Assembly: GCA_964552475.1 (NCBI GenBank)
Contig: CAZKFZ010000001.1
Location: forward strand, 35,347-99,346
Source: an uncultured Candidatus Saccharibacteria bacterium
GTDB taxonomy: Bacteria; Patescibacteriota; Saccharimonadia; CAILAD01; BJGX01
Length of the DNA: 64,000 nucleotides
Direction of reading: 5' to 3'
Position numbers and translations under genes: made by a program. Of the stretch, positions 46,267-56,898 are shown one piece after another. How positions within the stretch are numbered: position 1 is the stretch's first letter; each line of letters opens with the position of its first letter. The notes beneath the pieces were generated by a model, which was given only the letters and a program-made list of their open reading frames with translations, was not told the origin of the DNA and ran no database searches.

Positions 46267-47418
46267 ATGTCACAAGAAAATAAGCAACATAACAACTCTC
46301 ATAGAAAAAACAGTATTATAAAATACGCAATTATTTTGGTGTTAGCATCTTTGTTATTTGGATTTGTTGGCGCTGCTGGTTTTAATTGGTGGGGCACTCA
46401 TCAACCCAATTCAAGATTTGGCACTTCACAGAGCAAGAACGTAGTTATAAGTGAACAAAACGCAACTATTAATGTTGCAAAAAAGGTAAGCCCAAGCGTA
46501 GTAAGTATCACTACCTCCACTATTGGTAGTGATGTGTTTGGTAGAAGTACTCAGGGTAAAGGGGCTGGTACCGGTATAGTAATATCGGCCGATGGATTAA
46601 TACTTACCAATAAGCACGTAGTGGAGAGTGGTAGTTCTTTCGTGATAGTAAGATATGATGGTCAAGAGTACTCAAAGGTAAAGCTTGTAGCTAAAGATCC
46701 TGTTAACGACATAGCATTTTTAAAAGTTGAAGGTGTAAGCGATTTAGTGCCGGCCGAGATCGGCGATAGCAGTAAGGTAGAGGTGGGGTCATTTGTAGTT
46801 GCAATTGGTAATGCCCTAGGTCAGTTTCAAAATACTGTTACAACCGGCGTTATTTCTGGCAAGTCGCGCCCTATTACAGCCGCCGATGGTGGTGGTACTG
46901 AAAGTCTTCAGAATCTATTCCAAACCGATGCAGCTATCAATCCTGGCAACTCTGGCGGACCACTTGTAAATGTAGAAGGCCAGGTAATTGGTATTAACAC
47001 GGCAGTAGCAGGTGAGGGCTCACAAAATATTGGCTTTGCCATACCAATAAATGAGGTTAAACGAGATATTTCGACAGTAGAGCAAAATGGCAAAATCGTG
47101 CGAGCTTTTGTAGGGGTTCGATATGTGGCTATCACACCTGAAATTGCCAAGGCCAATAATCTCGGCGTAGATTATGGCGCTTACATACAGGGTAGTCAAG
47201 GAGAGAGTGGCGTGCAAAGTGGGAGTCCGGCCGACAAAGCAGGCTTAAAAGATGACGACATTATTTTAAAAGTTGATGGTACAAAAATAGATGCTAGTAA
47301 TTCACTCTCAAGCTTGGTCAATCAGCATAACGTAGGTGATACCGTTACTCTTACAATCTATAGAGATGGTAAAGAAAGCCAAGTAAAAGTCACGTTGGCC
47401 GAAGCACCACAAAACTAG
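46267..47418 (+). CDS. htrA: HtrA/DegP-family serine protease with PDZ domain
   Basis: 383 aa. TM anchor, LTNKHVV (His), DIAFLKV (Asp), GNSGGPLVN (Ser), C-terminal PDZ. Confidence 0.85.
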   Translation: MSQENKQHNNSHRKNSIIKYAIILVLASLLFGFVGAAGFNWWGTHQPNSRFGTSQSKNVVISEQNATINVAKKVSPSVVSITTSTIGSDVFGRSTQGKGAGTGIVISADGLILTNKHVVESGSSFVIVRYDGQEYSKVKLVAKDPVNDIAFLKVEGVSDLVPAEIGDSSKVEVGSFVVAIGNALGQFQNTVTTGVISGKSRPITAADGGGTESLQNLFQTDAAINPGNSGGPLVNVEGQVIGINTAVAGEGSQNIGFAIPINEVKRDISTVEQNGKIVRAFVGVRYVAITPEIAKANNLGVDYGAYIQGSQGESGVQSGSPADKAGLKDDDIILKVDGTKIDASNSLSSLVNQHNVGDTVTLTIYRDGKESQVKVTLAEAPQN

Positions 47419-47430
47419 TATTATTTAGAA

Positions 47431-48252
47431 CTACAATTTTTTAAATCCTAAAATAAGATAGTCTTCTAAGGCAAGTCTCAACCCTATCTTTGAAGCAATT
47501 TCTTTTAATTTGTCGTGCTGCCAGGGGTCCGATTCGTGATATACAAGTGTACCCTTTTTTAAGTGTCCAGGAATCTGCATATAAAACTTTCTGTAGAGGT
47601 CTAGCCCATCTCCAGAGCCACCAAAGAGCGCTATAGATGGTTCTTTTTTTACCTCTGGCTTCATTTGTGGTAAAAAATCTTTAGAGACATAGGGTAGATT
47701 GGTAACAATAGTGTCGAATCTATCTTTAATATTTTCAAAAATATCACTTAACACAAATTCTATTTTATTGTCTTTACCTAGTATCTTTATGGCATTAGTC
47801 TTTGCAACATTTAGTGCATCGGCAGACACTTCGGTTGCGGTAATTTTAATATCGGGGCGGTGTTTGGCAATAGCAATTGCGATAGCACCAGAACCAGTAC
47901 CTATGTCTATTAGCTTAGATCTATTGGGTGCAAATTCTACAGCTTGTTCTACGATCAATTCGGTTTCTACTCTCGGTGCAAGCACTCTATTGTCTACATA
48001 GAAATCAATACCATAAAATTCTATTCTATTGGTAATATAACACACTGGTTCGCGTGCTAATCTGCGTGAAACATAATCGTTATAGGTAGATATTTCACCA
48101 TCTGATAGCTCTCTGTTGTTGTGGGCTATTAAATATTCGCGAGGTTGGTCAAGCACATGCGCGAGCAAAAGCTCGGCATCAAGGCGCGGTGAGGGTATTT
48201 TTTCAGATTTAAACTTACTCTCGGTATTTATAATAGCTTCTTGGATGATCAA
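47431..48252 (-). CDS. prmC: release-factor glutamine N5-methyltransferase PrmC/HemK
   Basis: 273 aa. DIGTGSGAIAIAIA (SAM motif I), IVTNLPYV (NPPY-type motif IV), directly downstream of prfA on the same strand. Confidence 0.8.
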   Translation of the reverse strand: MIIQEAIINTESKFKSEKIPSPRLDAELLLAHVLDQPREYLIAHNNRELSDGEISTYNDYVSRRLAREPVCYITNRIEFYGIDFYVDNRVLAPRVETELIVEQAVEFAPNRSKLIDIGTGSGAIAIAIAKHRPDIKITATEVSADALNVAKTNAIKILGKDNKIEFVLSDIFENIKDRFDTIVTNLPYVSKDFLPQMKPEVKKEPSIALFGGSGDGLDLYRKFYMQIPGHLKKGTLVYHESDPWQHDKLKEIASKIGLRLALEDYLILGFKKL

Positions 48253-48266
48253 ATTTTATTACTCAC

Positions 48267-49322
48267 TCAGTCTTTAAGGGCTTTATCTACAGCGGCACTA
48301 CGCAATGCTTCAAAAATAATATCAAGATCTCCATCAATTATTTTAGCCAAACCATGCGTAGTAAAAGATATTCTATGATCAGTTACTCGGTCTTGCGGGA
48401 AATTATAGGTACGAATTTTTTCAGACCTATCGCCGGTTCCTATTTGCATACGACGATTTTCCCCGAGTTGTTTGGCTTCTTCTTGCTGTTGTTGGTCTAG
48501 TAGACGAGAACGTAGTACACTCATGGCCTTTAATTTATTTTTTAGTTGTGACTTTTCATCTTGGCAAGTTGCTACAATTCCAGTAGGGATATGGGTAATA
48601 CGTACCGCGCTATCGGTGGTATTAACGCTTTGTCCGCCATGACCACCACTTCTAAAAACGTCTATACGTAAATCGGCTGGGTTTATTTCTATCTCAGACT
48701 CTTCGGCCTCAGGTAGTACAGCAACTGTAGCGGTACTAGTGTGTATACGACCAGCACTTTCGGTAGCTGGAATACGTTGCACTCTATGCACACCACTCTC
48801 GTATTTAAGTAACCCATAAGCTCTATCACCACTAATAAGTACTATTACTTCTTTGTAGCCACCACTACTACCAAGACTTTCGCTAAGTAATTCCACTTTA
48901 AGACCGTGAGTTTCACCATAACGTGTGTACATACGTAGCAACTCACCAGCAAACAGGCTAGATTCATCTCCCCCAGCACCTGCACGGATTTCTACAATTG
49001 CGTTTTTGTACTCATTAGGGTCGGTGGGCAATAAAGCTACCTTAGCTTCGGCAATTAAATTTTCTAGTTTTGGACCTAAGTCGCTCAACGTCTCTTCGGC
49101 CAAATCTTTCATTTCGGGCTCACTTAACATCTGTTTAGCTTCAGCAATATCATTTTGAGTCTTTTGAATTTGCAAAAATAGCTCTAATTTAGCTTTAATA
49201 TCGCGTTGTTTATTGACAATTGCTGAAGCTCTGGGGCTGGCATAGATGTCTGGTTTGGCGAGTTCTGCCTCGACTTCTTTAAGGCCTTCTTGTAGTTTGA
49301 TTATCTGATCTTTAGTTTCCAT
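48267..49322 (-). CDS. prfA: peptide chain release factor 1
   Basis: 351 aa. RIPATES (PxT codon-recognition tripeptide, RF1-type) and [24 protein letters not shown] (GGQ). Confidence 0.9.
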   Translation of the reverse strand: METKDQIIKLQEGLKEVEAELAKPDIYASPRASAIVNKQRDIKAKLELFLQIQKTQNDIAEAKQMLSEPEMKDLAEETLSDLGPKLENLIAEAKVALLPTDPNEYKNAIVEIRAGAGGDESSLFAGELLRMYTRYGETHGLKVELLSESLGSSGGYKEVIVLISGDRAYGLLKYESGVHRVQRIPATESAGRIHTSTATVAVLPEAEESEIEINPADLRIDVFRSGGHGGQSVNTTDSAVRITHIPTGIVATCQDEKSQLKNKLKAMSVLRSRLLDQQQQEEAKQLGENRRMQIGTGDRSEKIRTYNFPQDRVTDHRISFTTHGLAKIIDGDLDIIFEALRSAAVDKALKD

Positions 49323-49387
49323 AGTTTAAATAAAAAACAACTGCTTATATTATACTCTATAGCAGTTATTTATTAAGAATATATTAG

Positions 49388-49741
49388 TTATTTGTCGGTA
49401 GTATTTTTATCTTTTAATGCTTCTTTGGTTGAAGTAGTATTTTGTTTACTAATTTGTTCGTCGGCTTTCAGCATAGCCTCAGCTTCGGCCTTGTTTAGGG
49501 CTTTTTGACCCTTTTTAGTAAGAGCGTCTTTTTTGGCGTTAGCGGCAGCTTGCTTAGCCTTAAACCTATCTACTCGCCCAGCGGTATCTACTAGTTTTTG
49601 CTTGCCGGTATAAAAGGGGTGGCAATTACTACAAACATCTACATGTATTTCAGAAACAGTACTGTTTGAATCAAAAGTAGTACCACAACCTGCACAGGTT
49701 ACTTTGGTTTTTACATAATCTGGATGAATTTTGGCTTTCAT
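49388..49741 (-). CDS. rpmE: 50S ribosomal protein L31 with a Lys/Ala-rich C-terminal extension
   Basis: MKAKIHPDY...CAGCG...[12 protein letters not shown]...GRVDRF is the L31 zinc-ribbon core. The ORF track starts at 49801, but the 49741 ATG gives the canonical N-terminus and avoids the upstream terminator hairpin. About 50 extra C-terminal residues are rich in K, A and E. Confidence 0.8.
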   Translation of the reverse strand: MKAKIHPDYVKTKVTCAGCGTTFDSNSTVSEIHVDVCSNCHPFYTGKQKLVDTAGRVDRFKAKQAAANAKKDALTKKGQKALNKAEAEAMLKADEQISKQNTTSTKEALKDKNTTDK

Positions 49742-49781
49742 ATCTATAGAATAATAGCATATTGATAAGATAAAAACAAGT

Positions 49782-49836
49782 CTAAAATGAATAAACCCCA
49801 CCTTGTTTTAGTTACTTTACTAACAAGATGGGGTGG
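49782..49836 (-). terminator. terminator hairpin for the 49857-50567 gene
   Basis: CCCCACCTTGTT...AACAAGATGGGG long stem (one mismatch) with a U-rich run after it on the minus strand. Confidence 0.5.
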
Positions 49837-49856
49837 TGGGCCTTTAAGCTCCATTA

Positions 49857-50567
49857 CTATATTTCTATACCAGCTTCCGCAGCATACTGGTCGAAGTTGG
49901 GTGCAGATCGATAGTTCAATGGAATATCTTGTCCTGCACCAGACCGTATGCCTTCGATGAGCATATTGGCATATTCACGTGGTGTTATGGTATTGCTACC
50001 AATAATTCGGTCGAGGTACTCTGGGTGAGTTAGAGCTCTGGGATAGAAGTGACTGATAGCTAGGCTAAATAAGTCTCTATCAAGATCTCTGAACTTTTGT
50101 GAGTACTCGATGTACGCCACTGCATCTTGAACTGCCTCTGGTGCATCACGCGCCTCGGCGTATTCAATTGCAGGCGGGAACAAATATTTTGCTCCGTTTT
50201 CTTGCCCTGGCACTCCGTTCCACGTTCCATAAGTGTACTGGTACTTGCCCGTTGCCGATGAGCCTGGAGCGTCTGCCAACGGGTTGCCTCGACTTTCATT
50301 GTAAGCGATTACTTGTAGAAACCGCTCAACTTCGTTTACCGTAATCTCTGGTGCTTCAAACTCAGATGATGAGCCAGCTTCAGTATCTGTGGCTTCTTCA
50401 TTACTTTGAGTATCTATGCTTTGGCTTGGCAGGTACGGCTTGGGCCATATCCACGAAACAAGCATAGGAAAAATGCAAAAAAAGATAACTACACCCACTA
50501 CCTTTTTTAGGTAATATTCTTTGGTGTACGTATCTTTATTAATACCTCTTGCTATACTGCTAGTCAT
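49857..50567 (-). CDS. membrane-anchored transglycosylase-like (Rpf/SLT-related) protein, divergent
   Basis: 236 aa. TM anchor, then AYNESRGNP...GSSATGKYQYTYGTWNG, which resembles the catalytic-Glu region and GxxQ...TW block of Rpf/lysozyme-like transglycosylases. Native low-GC composition. Confidence 0.5.
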   Translation of the reverse strand: MTSSIARGINKDTYTKEYYLKKVVGVVIFFCIFPMLVSWIWPKPYLPSQSIDTQSNEEATDTEAGSSSEFEAPEITVNEVERFLQVIAYNESRGNPLADAPGSSATGKYQYTYGTWNGVPGQENGAKYLFPPAIEYAEARDAPEAVQDAVAYIEYSQKFRDLDRDLFSLAISHFYPRALTHPEYLDRIIGSNTITPREYANMLIEGIRSGAGQDIPLNYRSAPNFDQYAAEAGIEI

Positions 50568-50856
50568 CCGATTTCAGGTTGAGAGCTCGTAAGACGAAGT
50601 ACAACAGAAACAGGCCAGACAAACCAAGCCCAACACAGATCAACACTTGGTATGCAACGTGGTGATATTGTTGTACCTGGGTGTGATTTGCATGCGCAAA
50701 GATGTTAAACCACCTAATTGCGCATCCTGCGAAGAGCAGGCAAATTACCAAGAGATAGGCGGTGAGTTTGGTAAAAACAGTATGCGCAACATTGAGTGCA
50801 AACGTTTTACAGATCGTCGCCATGTTCTTATTGAGATCAACTCCTGGCTGAGCCAT
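50560..50856 (-). CDS. small membrane protein (hypothetical)
   Basis: 98 aa with two TM helices. 8-nt overlap with the downstream gene. Confidence 0.45.
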   Translation of the reverse strand: MAQPGVDLNKNMATICKTFALNVAHTVFTKLTAYLLVICLLFAGCAIRWFNIFAHANHTQVQQYHHVAYQVLICVGLGLSGLFLLYFVLRALNLKSDD

Positions 50857-50974
50857 TTTGTTCTCCTTTTGAGAAATGTATAGGGTGCTAGTTGATTATT
50901 ATGCTATAAAGCAAACAAATCTTGGTTATTTTAGCACTAAAAACAATAATAGTCAATAGTCGTATCAAGTTGGC

Positions 50975-53698
50975 TTGATAAGTTATCTTGTAAAAGAGTA
51001 CAATCATAAGCATATTATGAAAACAACTACATCACATGATGATTTTGATAAAAAAGCTAATTTGACAAATAAGTCGCATAGTGAAGATATTCAAGGTAGT
51101 GCATCTATCAAAAAATCGCATCACCATCTTCTTAAAGAGCACTCTAGACACAAAAAGCATCGAAATCGCCTGCTTATAGTGTTGTGTATATTACTAGCAA
51201 TACTTACAGTGGTGGCTATTTTAGCAGCCATAAGATTTTACAAAATAAGAACAGCCCGAAACGACGCTTCAAAATCTCTTCAAAATGCCGTCAATCTCAA
51301 CCAAGCCTCAAAAAGCGTTCAGGTAATACACTCAAAACTAGGCTTTATGCTAAGTTACAGCAAGCAAATTTTGTCCGCCAACGCTACAATATTGCAAAAT
51401 GACGAAAAGACAGTAATAGTAACTGGCGACGATCTCAGTAAGTCTGACGACTACTCTATAGTAAATATCTATCCAAATAGCGCCGAACAAACCACTTTTC
51501 TAGATAGCCAAAGCATTAAAGTTACCGAACTTCAATTTTCTACCAATAACAGGAAAAACTTTTTTGATCTACGCAAAGAACAATTTGGTAACTTGAGCGA
51601 TCTAGACTTAACTATAAAGCATTTTGCACCGAAGGCAGACGACAAAACAACTGTAGAGCTTACTAAGCAAGAAGACGTAACTATCGCCGGCACAAACTAT
51701 AAAAAATTAACCTACAATATTACAAATACAGAATTTATTACCACAACAAATACCACTGTTCAGTATATAACGGTCCAAAATAGCCGGCCCTATGTAATAA
51801 GTATCAAAAATACCAACTTAGCCGATAGCGCACAATTGGCGAATCTCGAGGCAGTTCTTGAGACTGTTCAATACTCAAAGCCAGACAGTGATGCCAAATT
51901 TGTGAACCTTAGCCTACCTGGCGATATTGCTCTGGCTGCTAACACTGATACCACCAGTTCGCATTCAGAAATGCAACACCATAGTACTACTAACATTGTT
52001 TCGTCACAAACTACCAAAACTATCACCGACTTGGTGAATGAGACTGCGTTAAGAGTAGTAGCCAAAAACCAACCCGCCGTTGTGCGTATAGGTTCAATTA
52101 TCTGTATGAATTTTAGTATATTGTCGCCCAACAAACAGGTTGGGTTTAGTGCTTCTGATGCTTGTAATGCTGTGGCTGGTAGTGGTGCGATTGTTTCGAG
52201 CGATGGGTATATAAGCACTAACGGTCATGTCGTAACCGATATTCCAGCAAGGGTATTACAAACCTATCTAGTTTTGTCGTCTAATGCCAAGAACTTTGAA
52301 CCTTTAAAAAACTACCTAAAGTATCTTGTGAGCGCAAATATTATGAGTGCCAGCCAAGTAGATGCCTTGGTGACTGCACTTGCCAAGAATGACCCAACGG
52401 CGTCAGAAAAAATACTACAATCTACACTACTAATACCACCGGCAAATTTTCAAGTTACAAAAACCACCAGTCAATTTGGTGTACAGTTAAGTAACGAGCC
52501 TTTAAAAGTTACAATTAATGGTAGTAATCTTAGTTTTATAAATACCAGCACAAATGTTGTGGCGAAGCTAATTGGAGAAGATTTTGATGAAAGTTCTTTG
52601 CAACAAGAAGTGGCCGATCTAAGTAATTCTACCAGTTCTGACGTTGCACTACTAAAAATTGAAGGCAATAATTTTCCAGTTGCCAATCTAGGAACTATTG
52701 ATGAACTAAAAACTGCCAGCATTGTTACGGCTATGGGGTTTCCTGGATTTGTAGATGGCGGACTAACTACCAAGCAAACCACCACTATTCCTTCGGCTAC
52801 GCAAGGTAGGGTAGAAAACATTATTTTTGATTCGAAGACTAAACAGCGTAAAATTATCGAAACTACCGTACCAATAGCCGAGGGTAATTCTGGTGGACCT
52901 GGTTTTGCTGAGTCGGGGAATATTGTTGGCTTAGCTACGTATGCATTGCCATCTTCAGACCTAGAATCTGGTGTAAGTAAATTTTCCTCTGGCGGAATAC
53001 TGCGCGATATAGCTGATTTTAAGGCATTGCTTAGCAAAAAGAATATTACCTTAAATACCACTAGCCCAACCTCACAGTCATGGTTTGCTGGCATAGATGC
53101 TTTTGCGCAAGCTCATTATTCTAAAGCGTCACAGTATTTTGCCGAATCTCAAAAACAATATCCTGCAAACTATTTAGCAGCAGGTCTAATCTCTACAGCC
53201 AATTCAAAAGTTGCAGCCGGACAAGATTTACAAGAGACATCAAACACCACCATTTACTTGGTACTCGGTATAATTGTGGTGCTTATTGTGGCAATTATTG
53301 TTGTGGTAGTTGCTATTATGCATCATCATAAAAAAGCTAAGTTTATCGCGAATACTCTACCGCCCACAAACGATAGTGCTGCAGTTTCGCAGGCCATGAC
53401 AGGTGCAACACAAAATACTGCTAGCCCGAATAATTTACCCACTCAAACAACTACTGGATTAGATCCTATGGGTAGCGACAAGACCGTTACATTTGCTCCC
53501 TCAGCTAGCCTACAAACTCAGCAACCACAGCCTCCACAAGCGCCTACTACTCCACCATTACCATCTAATGAGCAATCTCTACATCCACAGCAATCTCAAC
53601 AAGAACTCCAGCAGCAAAATTCGCCTATCAATATTCCGCCGGATCCTCCAAACAGCGCCAAACCTAACGACCCAAAGCCCAACCAACTAGATAACTAG
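50975..53698 (+). CDS. two-TM membrane-anchored trypsin-like (S1) serine protease with a Pro/Gln-rich C-terminal tail
   Basis: 907 aa. TM1 (LLIVLCILLAILTVVAILAAI). Full triad in context: STNGHVV (His), SDVALLKI (Asp), AEGNSGGPGF (Ser). TM2 (IYLVLGIIVVLIVAIIVVVVAI). C-terminal tail PQPPQAPTTPPLP...QQ. Confidence 0.7.
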   Translation: MISYLVKEYNHKHIMKTTTSHDDFDKKANLTNKSHSEDIQGSASIKKSHHHLLKEHSRHKKHRNRLLIVLCILLAILTVVAILAAIRFYKIRTARNDASKSLQNAVNLNQASKSVQVIHSKLGFMLSYSKQILSANATILQNDEKTVIVTGDDLSKSDDYSIVNIYPNSAEQTTFLDSQSIKVTELQFSTNNRKNFFDLRKEQFGNLSDLDLTIKHFAPKADDKTTVELTKQEDVTIAGTNYKKLTYNITNTEFITTTNTTVQYITVQNSRPYVISIKNTNLADSAQLANLEAVLETVQYSKPDSDAKFVNLSLPGDIALAANTDTTSSHSEMQHHSTTNIVSSQTTKTITDLVNETALRVVAKNQPAVVRIGSIICMNFSILSPNKQVGFSASDACNAVAGSGAIVSSDGYISTNGHVVTDIPARVLQTYLVLSSNAKNFEPLKNYLKYLVSANIMSASQVDALVTALAKNDPTASEKILQSTLLIPPANFQVTKTTSQFGVQLSNEPLKVTINGSNLSFINTSTNVVAKLIGEDFDESSLQQEVADLSNSTSSDVALLKIEGNNFPVANLGTIDELKTASIVTAMGFPGFVDGGLTTKQTTTIPSATQGRVENIIFDSKTKQRKIIETTVPIAEGNSGGPGFAESGNIVGLATYALPSSDLESGVSKFSSGGILRDIADFKALLSKKNITLNTTSPTSQSWFAGIDAFAQAHYSKASQYFAESQKQYPANYLAAGLISTANSKVAAGQDLQETSNTTIYLVLGIIVVLIVAIIVVVVAIMHHHKKAKFIANTLPPTNDSAAVSQAMTGATQNTASPNNLPTQTTTGLDPMGSDKTVTFAPSASLQTQQPQPPQAPTTPPLPSNEQSLHPQQSQQELQQQNSPINIPPDPPNSAKPNDPKPNQLDN

Positions 53699-53699
53699 C

Positions 53700-54086
53700 T
53701 TATTTGGCAGCTTCGGGTTTTCCGATTTTGGCTTGTAAAACTACCGCACGAGTTTCACCGAGATCATCGGTTACCTGTGTGGCATTGGTCTCTTTGTAAT
53801 GGCTAATGAGATAGTGACTAAGTATTTCTTGTAGGTCTTTTAGCTTAAGCCGTTCGTCATCGAGATCAGCGCTAACTTTCTGGTAATCTTTGTCGTCTAA
53901 AAGAGCTTTTTTGGCTGCCAATCGCTTCTCGCTAAGCGCTTTTATCTCTTCGGCTAATTGCTTGTATTCATCGTTTTGCTCGGTTACGTCTTTTAGCTGT
54001 TCTCTCAAGGTCTTTACCTTGTTTTGAGTATCTCGTATTTCTGGCATTAAGTGATGTATAGCTTCGAGTGGCGTTCGGTCTTCCAT
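53700..54086 (-). CDS. coiled-coil hypothetical protein
   Basis: 128 aa, highly charged with heptad-like repeats. Confidence 0.45.
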   Translation of the reverse strand: MEDRTPLEAIHHLMPEIRDTQNKVKTLREQLKDVTEQNDEYKQLAEEIKALSEKRLAAKKALLDDKDYQKVSADLDDERLKLKDLQEILSHYLISHYKETNATQVTDDLGETRAVVLQAKIGKPEAAK

Positions 54087-54165
54087 GTTTGTATTCCTAT
54101 TGTTAATTTATATAAGTTTTGATTTTATCAAAATAGAACTCGATTATAACAAACTTATGCTACAC

Positions 54166-54194
54166 TTGCCAAAAGTATATAATAATGCTACAAT
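54166..54194 (+). promoter_or_regulatory. sigma70-like promoter
   Basis: TTGCCA, 17 nt spacer, TACAAT. GAGG RBS before the ATG at 54226. Confidence 0.5.
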
Positions 54195-54225
54195 ATGTCG
54201 AGTGCCCTTAGATCAGAGGTAAAAA

Positions 54226-54657
54226 ATGACAAAGGCGTACCCTGATGGATACCTTAACCCAACAGATATAGAAGTTTACTATGAAATGAATTCTGAACTC
54301 TATGATGCGATAATGGATGCTTTGAAGAATATGCCCGATGGCGTAATTTCGGCTTGGGACCTAGTTCATAGAAGTGAAGTGTATACAAAGTACGGTGAAA
54401 GGTCGGTTATTGCTCTTATGTCTTTGGAATCGCTCGGTCTTCTTCGATCAGTGATTAAGAAAAGGGCAATACGCCAGGATCGTTGGCGGCAATTTAAAAA
54501 CTGGAAGACAATCCAGAACGCACTTGCTTTTTTTAAAGCAATCTTGCCACACAGGCTAAAGGATAGCTCTGACCTTATTGGTTACCAAGTTACCCGAAAA
54601 GGCATAGATTTAATACAGATTCGTTATGTAGAAGGTAAATTCCCACCGAATCATTGA
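54226..54657 (+). CDS. hypothetical protein
   Basis: 143-aa ORF with promoter and RBS. No recognisable motif. Confidence 0.5.
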   Translation: MTKAYPDGYLNPTDIEVYYEMNSELYDAIMDALKNMPDGVISAWDLVHRSEVYTKYGERSVIALMSLESLGLLRSVIKKRAIRQDRWRQFKNWKTIQNALAFFKAILPHRLKDSSDLIGYQVTRKGIDLIQIRYVEGKFPPNH

Positions 54658-54772
54658 AAGCACACCACTCCCCTGATAAATTCAGGGGAGTTATTTATAC
54701 AACCCAACATTGCGTCAATTGACTCTGTATTGGTGTGTGAGATACGATAAGTGATATAAGTGGAGCAAACAT

Positions 54773-55606
54773 ATGACAATGCCCATAGATCTAGTTCTTG
54801 TTCGTCACGGTCAAAGTGAAGGCAATGTTGCAGTTAAGACTGCTGAGTCTGGTGATAATCGTCATTTTACTGAGGAGTATCGCAGAAGACACAATTCGGT
54901 TTTGCGATTGTCGGACAAAGGCATTGCGCAAGCTAAATCTGCTGGCGATTTTATAAAACAGCATGTAGGTGACATGTTTGATAGACAATACATGTCGCAC
55001 TACTTGCGTGCTCAAGAGACAGCTCTACATTTAAATTTGCCCAATGAGCGCTGGCGAGAAGATATATTTATTCGCGAAAGGAGTTGGGGTGATTTCGATA
55101 GCATACCAGCCGATGAGCGCGAACAGGTTAGTGTACGCGCGGCAATCGAAAAAGATACCAATCCATTTTATTGGCGACCACCCAATGGCGAATCTATTGC
55201 CGATGTTGCTCAGAGACTAAAATCAACCATTATAGACACCCTGCACCGAGAATGCAGCGATATGCGGGTGGTTATGGTTTGTCATGGCGAAATAATGTGG
55301 GCATTTAGATTTTTACTTGAGGGTATGACGGTTGGATATTATCACAAAACTGAAGCTAGCCGCGACCCCAAAAATCGAATGCGTAATTGCCAGGTGTTGT
55401 GGTATACGCGTCGTGATAGTAGTGCTAGAGTAACACCTAAGTTTCAAAGTGTTACTATGGTGTGCCCGTGGGATTACGACCCCAAAACTTTTAAAGATCA
55501 GCTAACACTAGATATTAATTACGAACATGGTCGAGGCAACGTATCTACTGCACAGATTAGTAAATTACTCAATGATCATCCTAGAATAATTAATGACCAA
55601 ATTTGA
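54773..55606 (+). CDS. histidine-phosphatase (phosphoglycerate-mutase-like) family protein
   Basis: 277 aa. LVLVRHGQSEGN (RHG motif), downstream His in VCHGEIMWAF. Confidence 0.75.
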   Translation: MTMPIDLVLVRHGQSEGNVAVKTAESGDNRHFTEEYRRRHNSVLRLSDKGIAQAKSAGDFIKQHVGDMFDRQYMSHYLRAQETALHLNLPNERWREDIFIRERSWGDFDSIPADEREQVSVRAAIEKDTNPFYWRPPNGESIADVAQRLKSTIIDTLHRECSDMRVVMVCHGEIMWAFRFLLEGMTVGYYHKTEASRDPKNRMRNCQVLWYTRRDSSARVTPKFQSVTMVCPWDYDPKTFKDQLTLDINYEHGRGNVSTAQISKLLNDHPRIINDQI

Positions 55607-55690
55607 TATTGTATTTGCAATTACATAAATAATACAGTATAATATCTTAATAGATTTTGTACCTGTTAATTAAGAGAAAAGAGGACATAA

Positions 55691-56020
55691 GTGGCTACTA
55701 TTAGAGATAGTTGCCAAGCCTGTGGCGAAGTCGAATTTACATCTGATGATATTCAGGTAAAAATTGAAAATCAGGATGGTTCAGGCAGTTACATATTTGT
55801 TTGTCCTAGGTGCCAAGAGTTAGTTATTAAGTCGGCCAATTCTAAGACCATCGACCTGCTTATGGCGAGTGGAGTAGAGGAAGTAGATATTCCACTAGAG
55901 TTTTTAGAACCAAAAGACGGTTTGCCAGTCTGCCATGACGATCTCATTGATTTTCATGATCATTTAGACCATCTGCCCACTAATTGGATCGATGAGCTTG
56001 TACCACATCATACCGAATAA
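55691..56020 (+). CDS. zinc-ribbon hypothetical protein
   Basis: 109 aa. CQACGE...CPRCQE Cys pairs. Acidic, His-rich C-terminus. Confidence 0.45.
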   Translation: MATIRDSCQACGEVEFTSDDIQVKIENQDGSGSYIFVCPRCQELVIKSANSKTIDLLMASGVEEVDIPLEFLEPKDGLPVCHDDLIDFHDHLDHLPTNWIDELVPHHTE

Positions 56021-56063
56021 ATATCCCGAGCAAATAATGCTCGGGATTTTAATATTGAACCAA

Positions 56064-56762
56064 TTAAATTCTCACCTGTGCATTGTGGGCAATTTGCACA
56101 ACAGTCTCAATATCGTCGGTGATTGTATACAGACTAGTATCTTCGGGGTCTATAGCCATAAGGTCTGGCGAGAGCATTTGGGTTTGGTGCAAGCCAATAT
56201 CGATTGGCTCCCAAAACTTAGCGCCCACACAAACGATAGGTACGGTATGAATCTTGTGGTTTTGTACTAGAGACAAGATCTCATAAAATTCATTGAGCGT
56301 GCCATATCCACCGGGAAAAAATATATACAAACGAGCTGCAAAAGCCATAACTACCTTACGAGTGAAAAAGTAATGAAAAGGTAGCGCTACGGTTTGGTAA
56401 GGGTTCGACTTTTGTTCTTTGGGCAATTCAATGTTTAGTCCTATAGAATGTCCGCCCGCCTCTTTTGCGCCGCGATTAGCGGCTTCCATTATGCCGGGGC
56501 CACCACCAGTGAGAACAGTATAATCTAACTCTTTTACTAGTCTATAAGCAATCTTTCGCGCCTTAATGTATTCTGGGTGATTCTCCTTTACTCGAGCTGA
56601 GCCAAATATTGTAACTTTTTTTGGATAGCGCTGAACAATATTTAGGCCCTGGCTAATTTCTTCATTAATAAGACAGACTTTTTCACTAGTTTCGTCGTTG
56701 GTTTTGCTATCGCAACTAGTCATTATTTCTTCGAGGGTATGGGGTTTGAAGGCATTGTCCAT
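56064..56762 (-). CDS. LOG-family (TIGR00730) Rossmann-fold nucleotide-binding protein
   Basis: 232 aa. VTIFGSARV, TGGGPGIMEAANRGA, PGGYGTLNEF (PGGxGTxxE). Confidence 0.8.
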   Translation of the reverse strand: MDNAFKPHTLEEIMTSCDSKTNDETSEKVCLINEEISQGLNIVQRYPKKVTIFGSARVKENHPEYIKARKIAYRLVKELDYTVLTGGGPGIMEAANRGAKEAGGHSIGLNIELPKEQKSNPYQTVALPFHYFFTRKVVMAFAARLYIFFPGGYGTLNEFYEILSLVQNHKIHTVPIVCVGAKFWEPIDIGLHQTQMLSPDLMAIDPEDTSLYTITDDIETVVQIAHNAQVRI

Positions 56763-56898
56763 GTTTAAATATTATATTGCTTACGGTATAAAAAATCTAG
56801 TCAAACCTCTCAATGTCTAGACACTTTTACCTTGACTATAGCACTAAATTGTAGTAATATTACGTCAGTTCGCCCAATCAGGCGATAGAGATAGTACT

